DNA from: Podarcis pityusensis
Taxonomy: Eukaryota
Direction: 5' to 3' (one strand)
Assembly (NCBI GenBank): GCA_964106645.2
Contig: OZ067041.1
DNA length: 64,000 nt
Shown here: one piece after another, positions 26,201 through 38,030 of the stretch
How positions within the stretch are numbered: position 1 is the first letter of the stretch
Layout: the number at the start of each line of letters is the position of its first letter
The notes under the pieces: generated by a model
Told to the model about the DNA's origin: nothing
What the model saw: the letters and a program-made list of their open reading frames with translations, nothing else
Database searches by the model: none
Made by a program: the position numbers and the translations under genes

Positions 26201-27707
26201 TAGCAGGCCGGGAGTGTTACCTTCCCCAGATAACTCAAAATGTCAAACACCATCAAGAGATCCAGAAAAAGGTGGAACTGTTGCATCAAAAGATGAAAAC
26301 GCTGCAAAACACCAGCTCTCCACACTCAAAGAACCAGTGAAGTGTGATGATAATGCTAACCAAAGAAATGCCCAGGATAGCCTTAAGACTAAGAGTGACA
26401 AAATACCATTATCTGGCAAGAAAGTGAAACCTGAAAGCAAATTGGGGAAGACGAAAGAGAACACTAGTAATTCTGGGCAAAACCAGTTACCTTTGGAAAA
26501 TGAACTTCCAAAGAGTAAAAAGGCTGAGCCAATGAAACCTGCAGCAGAGAAGTCACAGAAACCATCTTTAGATGACTCTAGAAATGGACTTCCAAAGAGT
26601 AAAGAGACTACTGTAAGCAAATTGGGGAAGACAAAAGAGAACACTAGTAATTCTGGGCAAAACCAGTTACCTTTGGAAAATGAACTTCCAAAGAGTAAAA
26701 AGGCCGAGTCAATGAAACCTGCAGCAGAGAAGTTACAGAAACCATCTTTAGGTGACTCTAGAAATGGACTTCCAAAGAGTAAAGAGACTACTGTAAGTAA
26801 ATTGGGGAAGACAAAAGAGAACACTAGTCATTCTGGGCAAATCCCGTTACCTTTGGAAAATGAAGTTCCAAAGAGTAAAAAGGCTGAGCCAATGAAACTT
26901 GCAGCAGAGAAGAAACCATCTTTAGATGACTCTAGAAATGAACTTCCAAAGAGCAAAGAGACTACTGTAAGGGAGAGAGGTACTTTGTGCAACCTTAAGG
27001 AACATCAGATACCAGCACCAAATGAATCAAAGACTGAGCCAGTAAATCTTGCAGCAGGGGAGCCGCAGAAACCATCCTTGAATGACTCTAGAAACCATGA
27101 GGATATTGCTAAGAATGAAAAACGGGCTTCATGGAATTCTAAGAACCAGCAGCTACCCTTATCAGATGTGAAACAGGAGAGCCATCAATATAGTGTCACA
27201 GCAGGGAAACAGCAGCAGCAACCACAACCACCAAAGGATTATGTCAAGCCTAAATCTAGTATAAGAGATGGAAAGCATATGCATCATAAATCAGAGAAGT
27301 ATCGTCTTCCTGCCTCAGATGAACTGGGAGTGCATGAAAAGAATGCTAGTGAAAGGAAGGGTTCCTTGGCTCCACTTTCAAGTCACGATAGGACCATGCA
27401 AAAGAAGAAAACACTATGTGAGACTGATACTGGTCCCAAATTGGGCTCACCGAACAAGACATGTCCTGCAGAACAGAGAAAACCACAGCGTAGTCCTCCT
27501 GGCAAGTACCAAACTCTGTCAGCAAATGTGCTATCAGAGCAAGGAAGTGGGGAATCTCAAAAGCTCGGGGCTGATGCAATAAGTCAGAAAGCTAGATCAC
27601 TAGCCTTGGAAAAATACATAGCAGAAAGCTACAGTGAAGAACTAGTACCTTTGTCTATTAAACCAATGGTTGTTCGTGTGATTGATACAATTAAGCTTGA
27701 TAACTAA
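23291..27707 (+). CDS. ADPRHL1: ADPRHL1 giant terminal exon 8 (long isoform; 1,471 codons of extension)
   Basis: Polypyrimidine tract plus tgcag| at 23290. Exon-7 AA + C restores the frame of the 1,460-aa ORF (23325-27707). The N-terminal part (AVLSSLLLYLT, RPTKFQLLQSRF, KNTVKNILKKFLVAEEKEAKE, SVLSKLKEKFEQ) matches my recollection of the human long ADPRHL1 isoform. Confidence 0.88.
26436..26969 (+). repeat. Coding tandem repeat, 180 bp (60 aa) x3, plus a degenerate partial fourth copy at ~27030-27095
   Basis: Units start at 26436, 26616 and 26796 (SKLGKTKENTSNSGQNQLPLENELPKSKKAEPMKPAAEKSQKPSLDDSRNGLPKSKETTV). The third has an in-frame 6-bp deletion. Confidence 0.95.
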
Positions 27708-27976
27708 ATGCAGCTCAAATGACTGGAATATAGACCTGAATTTTTCATCCTCTGGCCACTGTTTTACTTCAGAGCTTTAAATGATGGCATTGAAATCACA
27801 CTGAGTTGGCTGTCCATTGATCAGTTTTGGATTTTAGCGGTTTATAAATTGGTGTCACCTGGAACCTCAAGTATATTACATGTCAACCCAGAATAATCAG
27901 AAGCCAATGATTCGTGTATGGTAACTCTTAGATGTAATAACTATGGGAACAAAGGCCCGGTCAAAATATGTGGCAG

Positions 27977-28025
27977 AATAAAGTGGCCTCATGCCGCCAT
28001 AACACTTATTTATATTAGGAATAAA
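27977..28025 (+). terminator. Candidate polyadenylation signals for the long ADPRHL1 isoform
   Basis: Two AATAAA hexamers (27977-27982, 28020-28025) about 270-320 nt after the stop codon. Confidence 0.45.
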
Positions 28026-28629
28026 CAGATAAGCAGCACAGGAGGCAAAGACTAGACTAGAACCTTTCTTCCAGATGTGCTTAACAGAGGCAAGTTTACT
28101 AAAACCTGTGCCCCTCACCTGGGAGATGGAAGTGATTGTGTTTACTCTGCCTCCTCAATATGCTGCCTCCTGTTTCTGCTGTATGGGAACCCTCAGCCAA
28201 AATTAAGCACTTTTAATGGGAGAGGCTTAAACAGTAAAAACAACAAAGAAGTATTGTGGCACCTTAAACAGCAACCAGTTTATTGAGGCATTTCCATGAA
28301 AGCCACAACTTCTTTCTGTTGCTCCAGAGGGCAGGGCGACAACAAATGGGTGGAAATAGCAAGGAAGCAGATTAGAAGACACTTCGTAACAATAAGCTGT
28401 CTGACTGGCGTGGGCTGCCTTGGGAGATGCTTTCCTTCAACGAAGGGGTTGGGTTTTTTGTTGCGATTTTGCGAGGGTATATTACAAGGCAAAACCATAA
28501 AACTACAGAAGAAACACAAAACAGAATACAGAGTGAATGCAGGAAGGATACAATGTTACACCACAAACAAGCATCCTTAGATAAGGTGGAGCTGACAAAG
28601 TAGTAATTATAATTGTTATTCTTTGTAAA

Positions 28630-29135
28630 ATATTTCAGTGGAGGTTTTTCAACAGAGGCTGAATCTGTCAAGGTTGCAGCAGTTCGTTGGGAACCTGTGG
28701 ATACTGCCAGACTACAAATCACCCCAGACCACTGGCCATGCTGCGAGAAGCAAAGTTACAGAGAACAAGGCAGAGGGCCTTCTCGGTAGTGGCACCCACC
28801 CTGTGGAACGCCCTCCCATCAGATGTCAAGGAAATAAACAACTATCTGACTTTTAGAAGACATCTGAAGGCAGCCCTGTTTATTTTTAGTATTTTGTTGA
28901 AAGCCGCCCAGAGTGGCTGGGGAAACCCAGCCAGATGGGCAGGAAACAAACAAACAAACAAACAAATGTTATAATTATTATAATTATAGGGTTCATGTCC
29001 AATACTACCTGGAGGGCCACATATTTCTGTCATGGTTGCATTGTAGGTTCTGCCCTCAGTAGGGGATTAGACAAGACTGAGCAGGAGATTAGACCTCTAA
29101 GATCCTTTTCCAACTCTGAAATTGTATGATTCTAT
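28630..29135 (+). mobile_element. Nested TE cluster: CR1 3' end interrupted by a hAT-type MITE that itself contains an L2 3' fragment (~28740-28945)
   Basis: CR1-like ggaggtttttcaacagaggctg ... cttttccaactctgaaattgtatgattctat; MITE halves (gactacaaatc... / ...cctggagggccaca); L2 RAFSVVAPTLWNALP. Confidence 0.6.
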
Positions 29136-32100
29136 AATAAAAGGTGCCAGACTTTAAGGTTTCACAAGTCTTTGCCAGATAGCTTTCTGGGATTAATCAT
29201 GATGGATGACAGTTTAGAAGGTCTGTCCTTAGGACTTTGCTTTCTTTTCTCCCAGTCTCTCACTTTCTGTGAGGGGCAGCTGGCATCTTACTCTTGGAAA
29301 CAGGATGGTGGGTTAGACAGGTCTTGGGTGCGAAACCAGTGGGGCATAAAAAGTGCTTAACTTCAGCTGCATCGTACCCAAAGTGTGTTTCTCTGCTAAA
29401 GGCTGAGGTCAGTGTATAACTAACTAAAGTGACCCTTTTGAGAGTGCACTTTCTCATTCTAATTACTCATTACTCATTCTAATATAATGCTGTTTATTAG
29501 TGCTCCTGGAAGGCTTTTGACATTGCAGGCTATTCAGCCACTGAAATCATGCCTGTATATACATTTTTGTGTGTGTTTTAATTGTTTTCAAAAAAAAAGT
29601 GAAAACAGTGATGCGTAATAGTGTGCATAAATAAGACAAGCATATAAAGATAGAAGAGGCCTGTAAGAAGGTCTTAACAATGCTACAAAATGTAATAAAC
29701 CGCAAGTCATTTTTGAGTATTGTAATTAAAGGCTCTTTGTGACAATTAAATTACGAATACATCTGCTCTACAGGATGATACAGTAAAATCCTGAATGAAA
29801 TATATTTTATCACGGGGAAAATATTGATCGAATCTCTTGCAGAGGTAATTTGGTATCTTCCATGTGTTCAATGCATTCAGATTCCTGTATAGCTTTATCT
29901 TTCAACGTTTATTACATTCCTCATTGTGATCAACTTATTAATAAAGATTTGGAATGTGGCAAGCATGCCAGATCCTAGCACTTCCTGGAATATGCAGAAA
30001 AGGCGCTGCAGAAAATGATGAAAGTCATTATTGTGAAATCTGAAACAAGAAAAGTCGCCTGAATCCACTGCCTAAAATTATGGGACAGAATAAAGGATCA
30101 TCTTCTTGGTCTCCCTTCTTCCAACTTCTTTGTCCACAAAGAGAGAGTGTCTTGTTTAGGAGCAGAAATAGGCCCATTTTTCCTGAGGCACTTCTGTAAT
30201 GTGAACATACCAGATGGATAAAAATCCAAGACAGGACCCAGGCGTCACATTAAGGTCAAGACTTACAGCAACAGAATTCTGGTCTACAAAATGAAACTTG
30301 ATACTACATAATAAGCAACCAGGATCTCTGCACTGTCTTAAAAGAAGGTGACTTTCACAATTCAAAAAGCAAACACCTGTAACCCCTGTCCAAAAAAATA
30401 CATTTTGTCATGTTCTGGAAGGTTCTGTTTGCTTTTATCTTTTCAGATATTAGTTATTGTCAGATATCACAATATCTCTTAGAGCAGAAATATACTGCAC
30501 TGATTTCAGTTAAATTTGCTTCCAGGTAATAAGTCTAAGGCTGCAGTGGACTTCTCTGCCTGCCTAGAAGGAAATAAAACTCCGTGGAACTTTCACCCTA
30601 GTAAATAAGTTGAGTGCTGGAGGGAGACTCACAGATTGCTTATTGTCAGTCTGTGGGGCAAAACTAGATGTGATGTTAGTCATATGTTTAAACAAGTATC
30701 ATAAAGTTAACCAGTACTATTTTTCTAGAAAGAGAGGTGCCGGAACTCACCATGAATGTCTTCCTTGTTCTCTCATCACGTCAACTGCACCCACCTGAAA
30801 GGTGCTGGAACTGAGTTCCTGTAAGTTCTGGCTGTAAAAAAGCCCTGTAGTTAACCACGTTGCTTTTACTTTGGGATGGGGGAAACAGGGGCACCGATCC
30901 ACAATATGCATGCAATTCGGGGGGGCGGGGGGGTTGATAGTTTTCTGCTGAACATTGATCCCTTCTGGCTGCTTTCTGCACCCCCCCCCCCCAAAAAAGG
31001 TGCTGATTACTGTAAACTACACCTTTGAGATCAAATAGCAGTAAACTGTTTTAGGGGCTGTTTTAGTAAACTGTTTTCAGGATTGGAGTCTTACAAAATA
31101 AAATAAAAGTGGCCAGGTCATTAAATATGTGAATAATGTTCCTTTTAGTTTGGCCCTGAAGCATTTACTACTGATAATATAATGCAATGTTTGTGCACCA
31201 ATATTCTTTTGCTACCTCTCAGGTAAATGTCCTCTGGGAATTCCTAGGACTTTGCTATGATGGTTATTTGTATGAATTATTTGGAATTGCTAGTTGAATA
31301 TAAGACTTAGGGCTCATTCCATTATACTTGGATGTCACTGAAAATGTTTCTAGGTGGCAATGCAATTTTTTTCAGCTATCTGAAAACATGGGGTGGAGCA
31401 ATGATCTTTGAACCAGTCTTCAGGAAACTGCTATGGATGGTCTTTGAGAAACCAACTGGAGACAACCACATACTGTAATTTATTTTGTAAATGCTATGTC
31501 AAAGTAGGTACTTATGTTTAGATACTGTTTTTCAACACTGATGAGCAGGAAATGGACTTTCTGTTGATGGAGAATTTCTGCACGACTACAGTCTCAACTG
31601 GAAGTATTTTTGAAGAACACGACAGTAAGCTCAAAGCAGATACTATTGTGGATATGACAGCAAGTTTTGTATGAACTATGTTATAAATCTGGACTCGTGT
31701 AATATATTTAATTGTAAGTCTTTTGCACAACTTGTTTGTGTAGTTTGGAATGAGACTATTACATGTGTCAGACTTTATAATTTGTCTTGAAACACAAATA
31801 TTTCTTATTTTATTGTATTATATAGTGTATGCGTGTTGTTGTTTTTAAAAAATGAATCCCCTTTTATATGGTACTGTAATGATTTATCTTTGTATGTAGT
31901 TTTGTTTAATAGGAATTTATTTATTTATTCTGAAGTTTATTTCATAGCTATCCAGGCCTAGATAACAATGGGTTCTTGTGGGAATCACATTTAAACTTTT
32001 TTTTTTAATGCTGTGACAAAGTCCACCATTTTGCAGATCATCACAATAAACCACCTCAGTGAGGCCCCATGGTGTTATGTGATGTTTCAGGTGTTTTTCA

Positions 32101-32279
32101 TGATTGGCAGGTGCATAAGTGCAAAGAGATTGGGGAGGCAGGGTTCACAACAAGCTTCACAAAGGTGTACCCTTAGACAGCCACAAGGTACAGCAAATAA
32201 ATAAGTAAAATAATTTATAGGAAAGAGTAAGTCTTAATTTTTGTCACATTTTTTATACTATAAATAAGGATCTAAGGTC

Positions 32280-32548
32280 TAAACCACAGCGAATCCCCAC
32301 AACGGGATGAGCTCCTATTGTTCGGTCCCTGCGGCTGCCAACCTAGCAATTCAAAAGCACGTCAAAGTGCAAGTAGATAAATAGGTACCGCTCCGGTGGG
32401 AAGGCAAATGGTGTTTCATGCTGGCCACATGACCTGGAAGCTGTCTGCGGACAAACGCCGGCTCCCTCAGCCTATAGAGTGAGATGCGTGCCGCAACCCC
32501 AGAGTTGTCCGCGACTGGACTTAATGGTCAGGGGTCCCTTTACCTTTA
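32280..32548 (+). mobile_element. Sauria SINE with internal deletions
   Basis: aaaccacag...ctgccaacctagca...gtgcaagtagataaataggtacc...ggtcaggggtccctttaccttta. Confidence 0.85.
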
Positions 32549-33444
32549 AGGATATAAATATTCATTGCTGTATCAGACCAAGATCTATGCAGTTTTGCCA
32601 GAGTTCAGCATTTTTTGCCAATGGTGTATACAACCAAATGAAATCTGCAGTCTTTTATTAGCTTGTTGTTATTGTTCAAAATGTTGGGACAGCCACTGTT
32701 AAAAGGCAATCAGATTCACCCTTGATCAAAGACTGAAAGAGCAGTTACATATATTACAGCTCTTGGACAGACAAGACAGGAATACTGAAGACATGACACA
32801 GCACACGTTGTTCCCTGGGACGTTAAGTAAGGCGTCAGTTTTACATTTTTTTTCAAAGTCAGAGGATTAGCAGGTCTTCCTGGCATCAGAAAAACATTCC
32901 CCTCCCCTGGCCTACACATCTCATAAACATGGGCTTAATTTAAAACAGGGCTCACTGGGACAGTAGCCTTAGGATCTAGGTCCAATGCCAAGCGGCAAAA
33001 CCTGAATATATGAAGCCAGGATATTGATCCACTGGATTATCTAGAGATAAAGTTATTTCCTAAGTTTGGTACTTCTTAAAAAATGGACAGAGGTTCTGCG
33101 TCTTGGGTATTTAAGGTGGGAGTATAGCTCATCTGTTGTACACACTATTGTTGCCAACAGTTAAAATGAGCTTTGCTAGAAGGTATGTATGCCAAAGGGA
33201 TAAATCCCTTTTATTTGTGGCTAAAGAAGATGATCTGTGTTGACAACCTTGCTGCCATTATTGTGAAGGATAAAGAAGCGTAACAATCCCAAGTGCTCTG
33301 AAAATATTTCTGTCCTCTCTCTCTCTCCCACCACTCCACAATTTTAGCTGTAATGTATCAGTATGCGGAGCTTTCTGCCTCGTTGTGCGTCTTGGTTTGT
33401 TTGTTTTTGGCACACAGATTTGCCATTCCTCATTAAAATATTGA

Positions 33445-33615
33445 TAGAATCATATAATTGTAGCATTGGAAGTGATCCTGAGGATCGTCTATTCCAACTC
33501 CCTGCGATGCACGAATCTTGAATAAAGCATCCATGACAGATGGCCGTCCAACCTCTGCTTAAAAACTTCCAGTGAAGGACAGTCCACAACCACCTGAGGG
33601 AATCTGTTCCACTGT
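33445..33615 (-). mobile_element. CR1 LINE 3' fragment
   Basis: atagaatcatataattgtag...catccatgacagatggccgtccaacctctgcttaaaaacttccagtgaagga, similar to 1390-1512. Confidence 0.7.
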
Positions 33616-34260
33616 ATTCGTTCCACTGATAGCCGTACTCGTTATGACTTGGTTTAAGTCTCTTTTAAAGGTATTCACTACATCTTGTAATATATACCCA
33701 TCGCGCTGGTTGTTGGTTCCTACTCAGGGGAATGTTATATACCGGTATTCTCCATCTTGCCATAGCTAGAACTACACTATAGTAGAATACAACAATTGCT
33801 TAGTTTCAAAGCTCACCAGTGTCAGACCTCAAAATCTGTTTCATACTCCAGCATTTATACAGTGGTGCCTCGCAAGACGAAATTAATTCGTTCCGCAAGT
33901 CTCTTCGTCTTGCGGGTTTTTCGTCTTGCGATGCACGGTTTCCCATAGGAATGCATTGAAAATCAATTAATGCGTTCCTAGGGAAACCGCCTTCAGACCA
34001 GGTCCGGGGACAGTCTGTCCCCGGACCTCTTCTGAAGGCTGGGGGGGGGGATAAGGGCTTTTCTTCCCACCCCCAGCATTTAAAAAAACCCCGGGACAGC
34101 GGAGGACTTCTCCGCTGTCCGGGCAATCTTAAAATGCTGGCGGGCGGCATTTTAAAATCGCCCCAGACAGCGGAGGACTTCTCCGCTGTCCGGGGCGATT
34201 TAAAAGCCCCTGGGAAGGCAGGCAGGGGGGACAAAGACTTTTGCCCCCCGCCAGCCTTCA

Positions 34261-34716
34261 GAAGGTGTTCCCGCCCCCTGCCCCGCTTCGGAGCACCGTT
34301 CCGAAGCGGGGCGGTGGGGGAAGGTGTTCCCACCCCCCCACCCCGCTTCGGAGCACCGTTCCGAAGCGGGGCGGTGGGGGAAGGTGTTCCCACCCCCCGC
34401 CCCGCTTCGGAGCAGCGTTCCGAAGCGGGGCGGTGGGGGAAGGTGTTCCCACCCCCCCGCCCCGCTTCGGAGCACCGTTCCGAAGCGGGGCGGTGGGGGA
34501 AGGTGTTCCCGCCCCCCCGCCCCGCTTCGGAGCACCGTTCCGAAGCGGGGCGGTGGGGGAAGGTGTTCCCGCCCCCCCGCCCCGCTTCGGAGCACCGTTC
34601 CGAAGCGGGGCGGTGGGGGAAGGTGTTCCCGCCCCCCCGCCCCGCTTCGGAGCAGCGTTCCGAAGCGGGGCGGTGGGGGAAGGTGTTCCCGCCCCCCCGC
34701 CCCGCTTCGGAGCACC
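34261..34716. repeat. GC-rich minisatellite, ~60 bp x ~7.6, each unit a hairpin
   Basis: Unit contains ccgccccgcttcgga-(7 nt)-tccgaagcggggcgg, a perfect 15-bp stem. Confidence 0.95.
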
Positions 34717-35325
34717 GGGAGAAGCGATCTCCCCGCAGCCCCTTGCTTCAAAAGAGGTCCGGGGGCAGCGGGGAAGAAGCGCTGCGCTTCGCGCTGCCCC
34801 CGGACCTCTTTTGAAGCAAGGGGCTGCAGGGAGAAGCGATCTCCCCGCAAACCCTTGCTTCAAAAGAGGTCCGGGGGCAGCGGGGAAGAAGCGCTGCGCT
34901 TCGCGCTGCCCCCGGACCTCTTTTGAAGCAAGGGGCTGCAGGGAGAAGCGATCTCCCCGCAGCCCCTTGCTTCAAAAGAGGTCCGGGGGCAGCGGGGAAG
35001 AAGCGCTGCGCTTCGCGCTGCCCCCGGACCTCTTTTGAAGCAAGGGGCTGCAGGGAGAAGCGATCTCCCCGCAGCCCCTTGCTTCAAAAGAGGTCCGGGG
35101 GCAGCGGGGAAGAAGCGCTGCGCTTCGCGCTGCCCCCGGACCTCTTTTGAAGCAAGGGGCTGCAGGGAGAAGCGATCTCCCCGCAAACCCTTGCTTCAAA
35201 AGAGGTCCGCGGGCAGCGCGAAGCGCTTCGCGCTGCCCCCGGACCTCTTTTGAAGCAAGGGGCTGCAGGGAGAAGCGATCTCCCCGCAAACCCTTGCTTC
35301 AAAAGAGGTCCGCGGGCAGCGCGAA
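34717..35325. repeat. GC-rich minisatellite, 112 bp x ~5.5, each unit a long hairpin
   Basis: Units start at 34717, 34829, 34941, 35053, 35165 (103 bp) and 35268 (partial). Stem gcagccccttgcttcaaaagaggtccgggggcagcg pairs with its reverse complement over 36 bp. Confidence 0.95.
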
Positions 35326-35715
35326 GAGAAGACCCGCTGTCCCCGGGGCAAGCTTCGTTTTGCGAAGCAAGCCCATAGGGAAATTCGCCTTGCGAGGCAA
35401 CTCGAAAACGAAAAAACCTTTCGTTTTGCGAGTTTTTCGTCTCGCGAGGCGTTCGTCTTGCGGGGTACCACTGTACTGCCAATTCTCCCCCTACCCCTGC
35501 CCACCTCCCCACAGGTTGGGAGTGCCACATGTACAGAGTGCCTTCCTAACCCTATGGAATAACCACAGCCATAGATCAGGATGGGGGGGGGGGATAGAGG
35601 GAGACCTGTGGTCTGAGTTCAGCACCTCTCAGCTAATTTTATTCAGCTGCAACTCTCTACACCAGGGATAGCAAGTTGCCTGGAAGTGACTCTAGCAAAA
35701 TAAGCTGACATAAAA

Positions 35716-35960
35716 AGACTAAACTTTTTCAGCAGGGGGCTGGTCCATTGTTCCTCAGACCTTGGGGGGGGGCAGACTATTTGGGGGGGGGGGGTACTGA
35801 ACGAATTCCTATGTCCCACAAATAACCCAGAGATGCATTTTAAATAAAAGGACACATTCTACACATGTAAAAACATGCTGATTCCTGGACCGTCCGCAGG
35901 CCGGATTTAGAAGGCGATTGGGCCGGATCTGGCCCCTGGGCCTTAGTTTGCCTATCCATG
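35716..35960. mobile_element. hAT-like MITE (copy of 2677-2924)
   Basis: High similarity to 2677-2924 in the same orientation. Confidence 0.7.
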
Positions 35961-36269
35961 GACTAGTCACTAAGACAGTGTCTCATATTTATCCTTTTTT
36001 AAAAAATGCAAATGTACAATATGGGACAAAATGCTCTTTGTTAAATACACAACACAAACAAATATGCATTGTATAAGGCTCCTCTCCCTGGATCCCAGTG
36101 TTATAGGAATTTATTTTTTAAAAGATAAAATCTGATTTACTGGCTATTAAGGAAGGGAGCAGATTCAGTTCCCCAGGTTCCTTATTTCTGTCCAAACAGC
36201 AGACTGCAGGTGAGACATAGGCCTTTTTTAAAAAAGGCTGCATTTAGCTGTTTTTAAATAATATTTTTT

Positions 36270-36465
36270 TTTAATTTTTTTGTACCCTGTCCATCTGACT
36301 GGGTTGCCCCAGCATATGGCTTCCAGCATATATAAAAAACATAATAAAACATTAAAAAGCTTCCCTATACTGTACAGGGCTGCCTTCAAATGTCTTCTAA
36401 AAGTTATATAGTTACTCATAACATCTGATGGGAGGGCATTCCACTACCGAGAAGGCCCTGTGCCT
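36270..36465 (-). mobile_element. L2 3' end fragment
   Basis: Minus-strand FRRHLKAAL and ...gggcaacccagtcagatgg 3' UTR. Confidence 0.65.
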
Positions 36466-37544
36466 ATATTTCTGCTAGAAAGAGTGTTCAGACCAGAGAA
36501 CTGAGCAACTTTTATTTACATGGCACCTGAAATACCATGTTCCAGTTCTACCACTAAGGTGTGTGTGTGGGGGGGGGAACCTTTTCCATCCCAAGGGCCA
36601 CATTCCCTTGTGGGCAAATTTTCAGGGGGCTCCATGACCATGGCAGATGTGGGCCAGTGCAGCGGGCATGGCAAATGAATGTGACTCTTACCTTTGTAGT
36701 GCTGATGACATTCCAGCCATGGAAAGACAGAAGTTGCTGACTCTCTCTCTCTTCCTCTGTCTCCATCCAGGCATGCATGAGGCATTGTAACAGTTCAAGG
36801 ACACATTCCATCCAGGCAAAAATATTCAAACAGAGTACACAGGTCTCAAAACAAGAAGAGGGAGCTAGACTGCTCCTTCTCAGGGAGGGCTTCCTCTGAA
36901 TTAGCCTTCCATTTTAGGAAGACCTTCAACTTTTGCCTTTCGGTTTTATTGCAGCTGTTTTATTGTTGTTTTACTCCAAGACTGATTTTACTCGCTGCCT
37001 GTAACTCCTGCTGTTGGTTTTAATGTTTCTCGTTGTTTGGAAGCAAATATTTGATGTAGTTTGTTTGGGGATTTTAAACTTATTTTTGTTCATAGTTCTT
37101 GCGGTTGCATTTTGTGCATCCTGGTTAGGAGATTTGAACTGTCGAGAAAAGCGGGGTGTTAATGCGTTAAGCAATAAATAATTATAATAAATGCACAAGT
37201 TTTGTTGCACAGTTTCAGGATTTGAAGAACTGCTACAGCATTGACCTAAGGGAAAGTGTTGTTGTTTTTCGGTTCTAGTTTTCTGAAAGAATTAAAGTGC
37301 TCAAATTGTAAGTGAAGATAACTAAACTAATTTATGTATATTGTAGTCAAATTTCTCTGTAAAGGTTTTCCTAACAAATGTTTCATTAAAAACTCATTTT
37401 CTAGAGCCATTTCAATTGGGGTTTAGCCCTGATTTTGGCAATTAAACTGCTTTGGTTGCCCTGCATGACTGTTGGGAGAGAGACAGGGAAAATACCAGTA
37501 TGTCTTTGTTAATTCTCCTTGCCCACCCAGGGCAAGACAATTTG

Positions 37545-38030
37545 AGTATATTACAGTGATCCTGGCCCGACTACACTGGCTGCCAATTAGCTCCCAGACC
37601 CCAATTCAAAGCACTGGTTTTGACCTATAAAACCTTAAACATCCCAGGACCACAATGCCTCAAGGGACCGTCTCTCCCCATATACAGCAAACTGACCTGG
37701 ACTCTGTGTTCATCATCTCAACCCCTTCTTTGTGTGCCTCCTCCATGTGAGGTCCGGAGGGTGGCAACACGAGAATGGGGCCTTTTCTGCAGTGGCTCCC
37801 CATTTGTGGTATGCTCTCCCCAGGGAGGTTTGTCTGGCGCCTTCATTGTATATCTTTAGGTGCCAGGCAAAAACGTCCTAGGCCTTTGGCCGATTAATAT
37901 TCTACAGCCTTTTAAATGTGTTTGTAGGTTGGGGCATTAGTGTTTTGTTGTTTCTGTTTTAACTATTTATTTGTGCTTTTATCTTGTGTTTTTAACTTGA
38001 CATCTTTTGATGAAGGGCGGTAATAAAATT
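37545..38030 (+). mobile_element. Degraded L2 3' fragment
   Basis: ...LARLHWLPIS...FKALVLTYKTLN...; gggccttttctgcagtggctccc; ends gaagggcggtaataaaatt. Confidence 0.65.

Larger units (their letters stand above)
33860..35473. mobile_element. Tigger/pogo-like non-autonomous DNA transposon (1,614 bp) with internal tandem hairpin arrays
   Basis: TA TSDs (33858-59, 35474-75); 22-bp TIRs CAGTGGTGCCTCGCAAGACGAA vs CAGTGGTACCCCGCAAGACGAA (2 mismatches); no transposase ORF. Confidence 0.9.

Noticed and set aside
23591-27582. Antisense and alternative-frame ORFs within the giant exon
   Set aside because: Shadows of the Lys/Glu/Ser-rich sense ORF.
23325-27707. The 1,460-aa ORF as a stand-alone intronless gene or TE/viral ORF
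   Set aside because: The track start is GTG, the frame is open back to a good acceptor whose phase matches the ADPRHL1 exon-7 donor, and there are no RT, integrase or capsid motifs.
31521-31674. Exon-like open stretch (ILFFNTDEQEMDFLLMENF...)
   Set aside because: Weak pyrimidine tract, no recognisable homology and no partner exons.
34261-35325. CRISPR-like or REP-like array of palindromic repeats
   Set aside because: Units are head-to-tail with no unique spacers, there are no cas genes, the context is vertebrate, and the arrays lie inside transposon TIRs.
33806-35671. Many overlapping 100-265-aa Pro/Arg/Gly-rich ORFs
   Set aside because: They result from GC-rich tandem repeats lacking stop codons on both strands; no splice context or transposase motifs.
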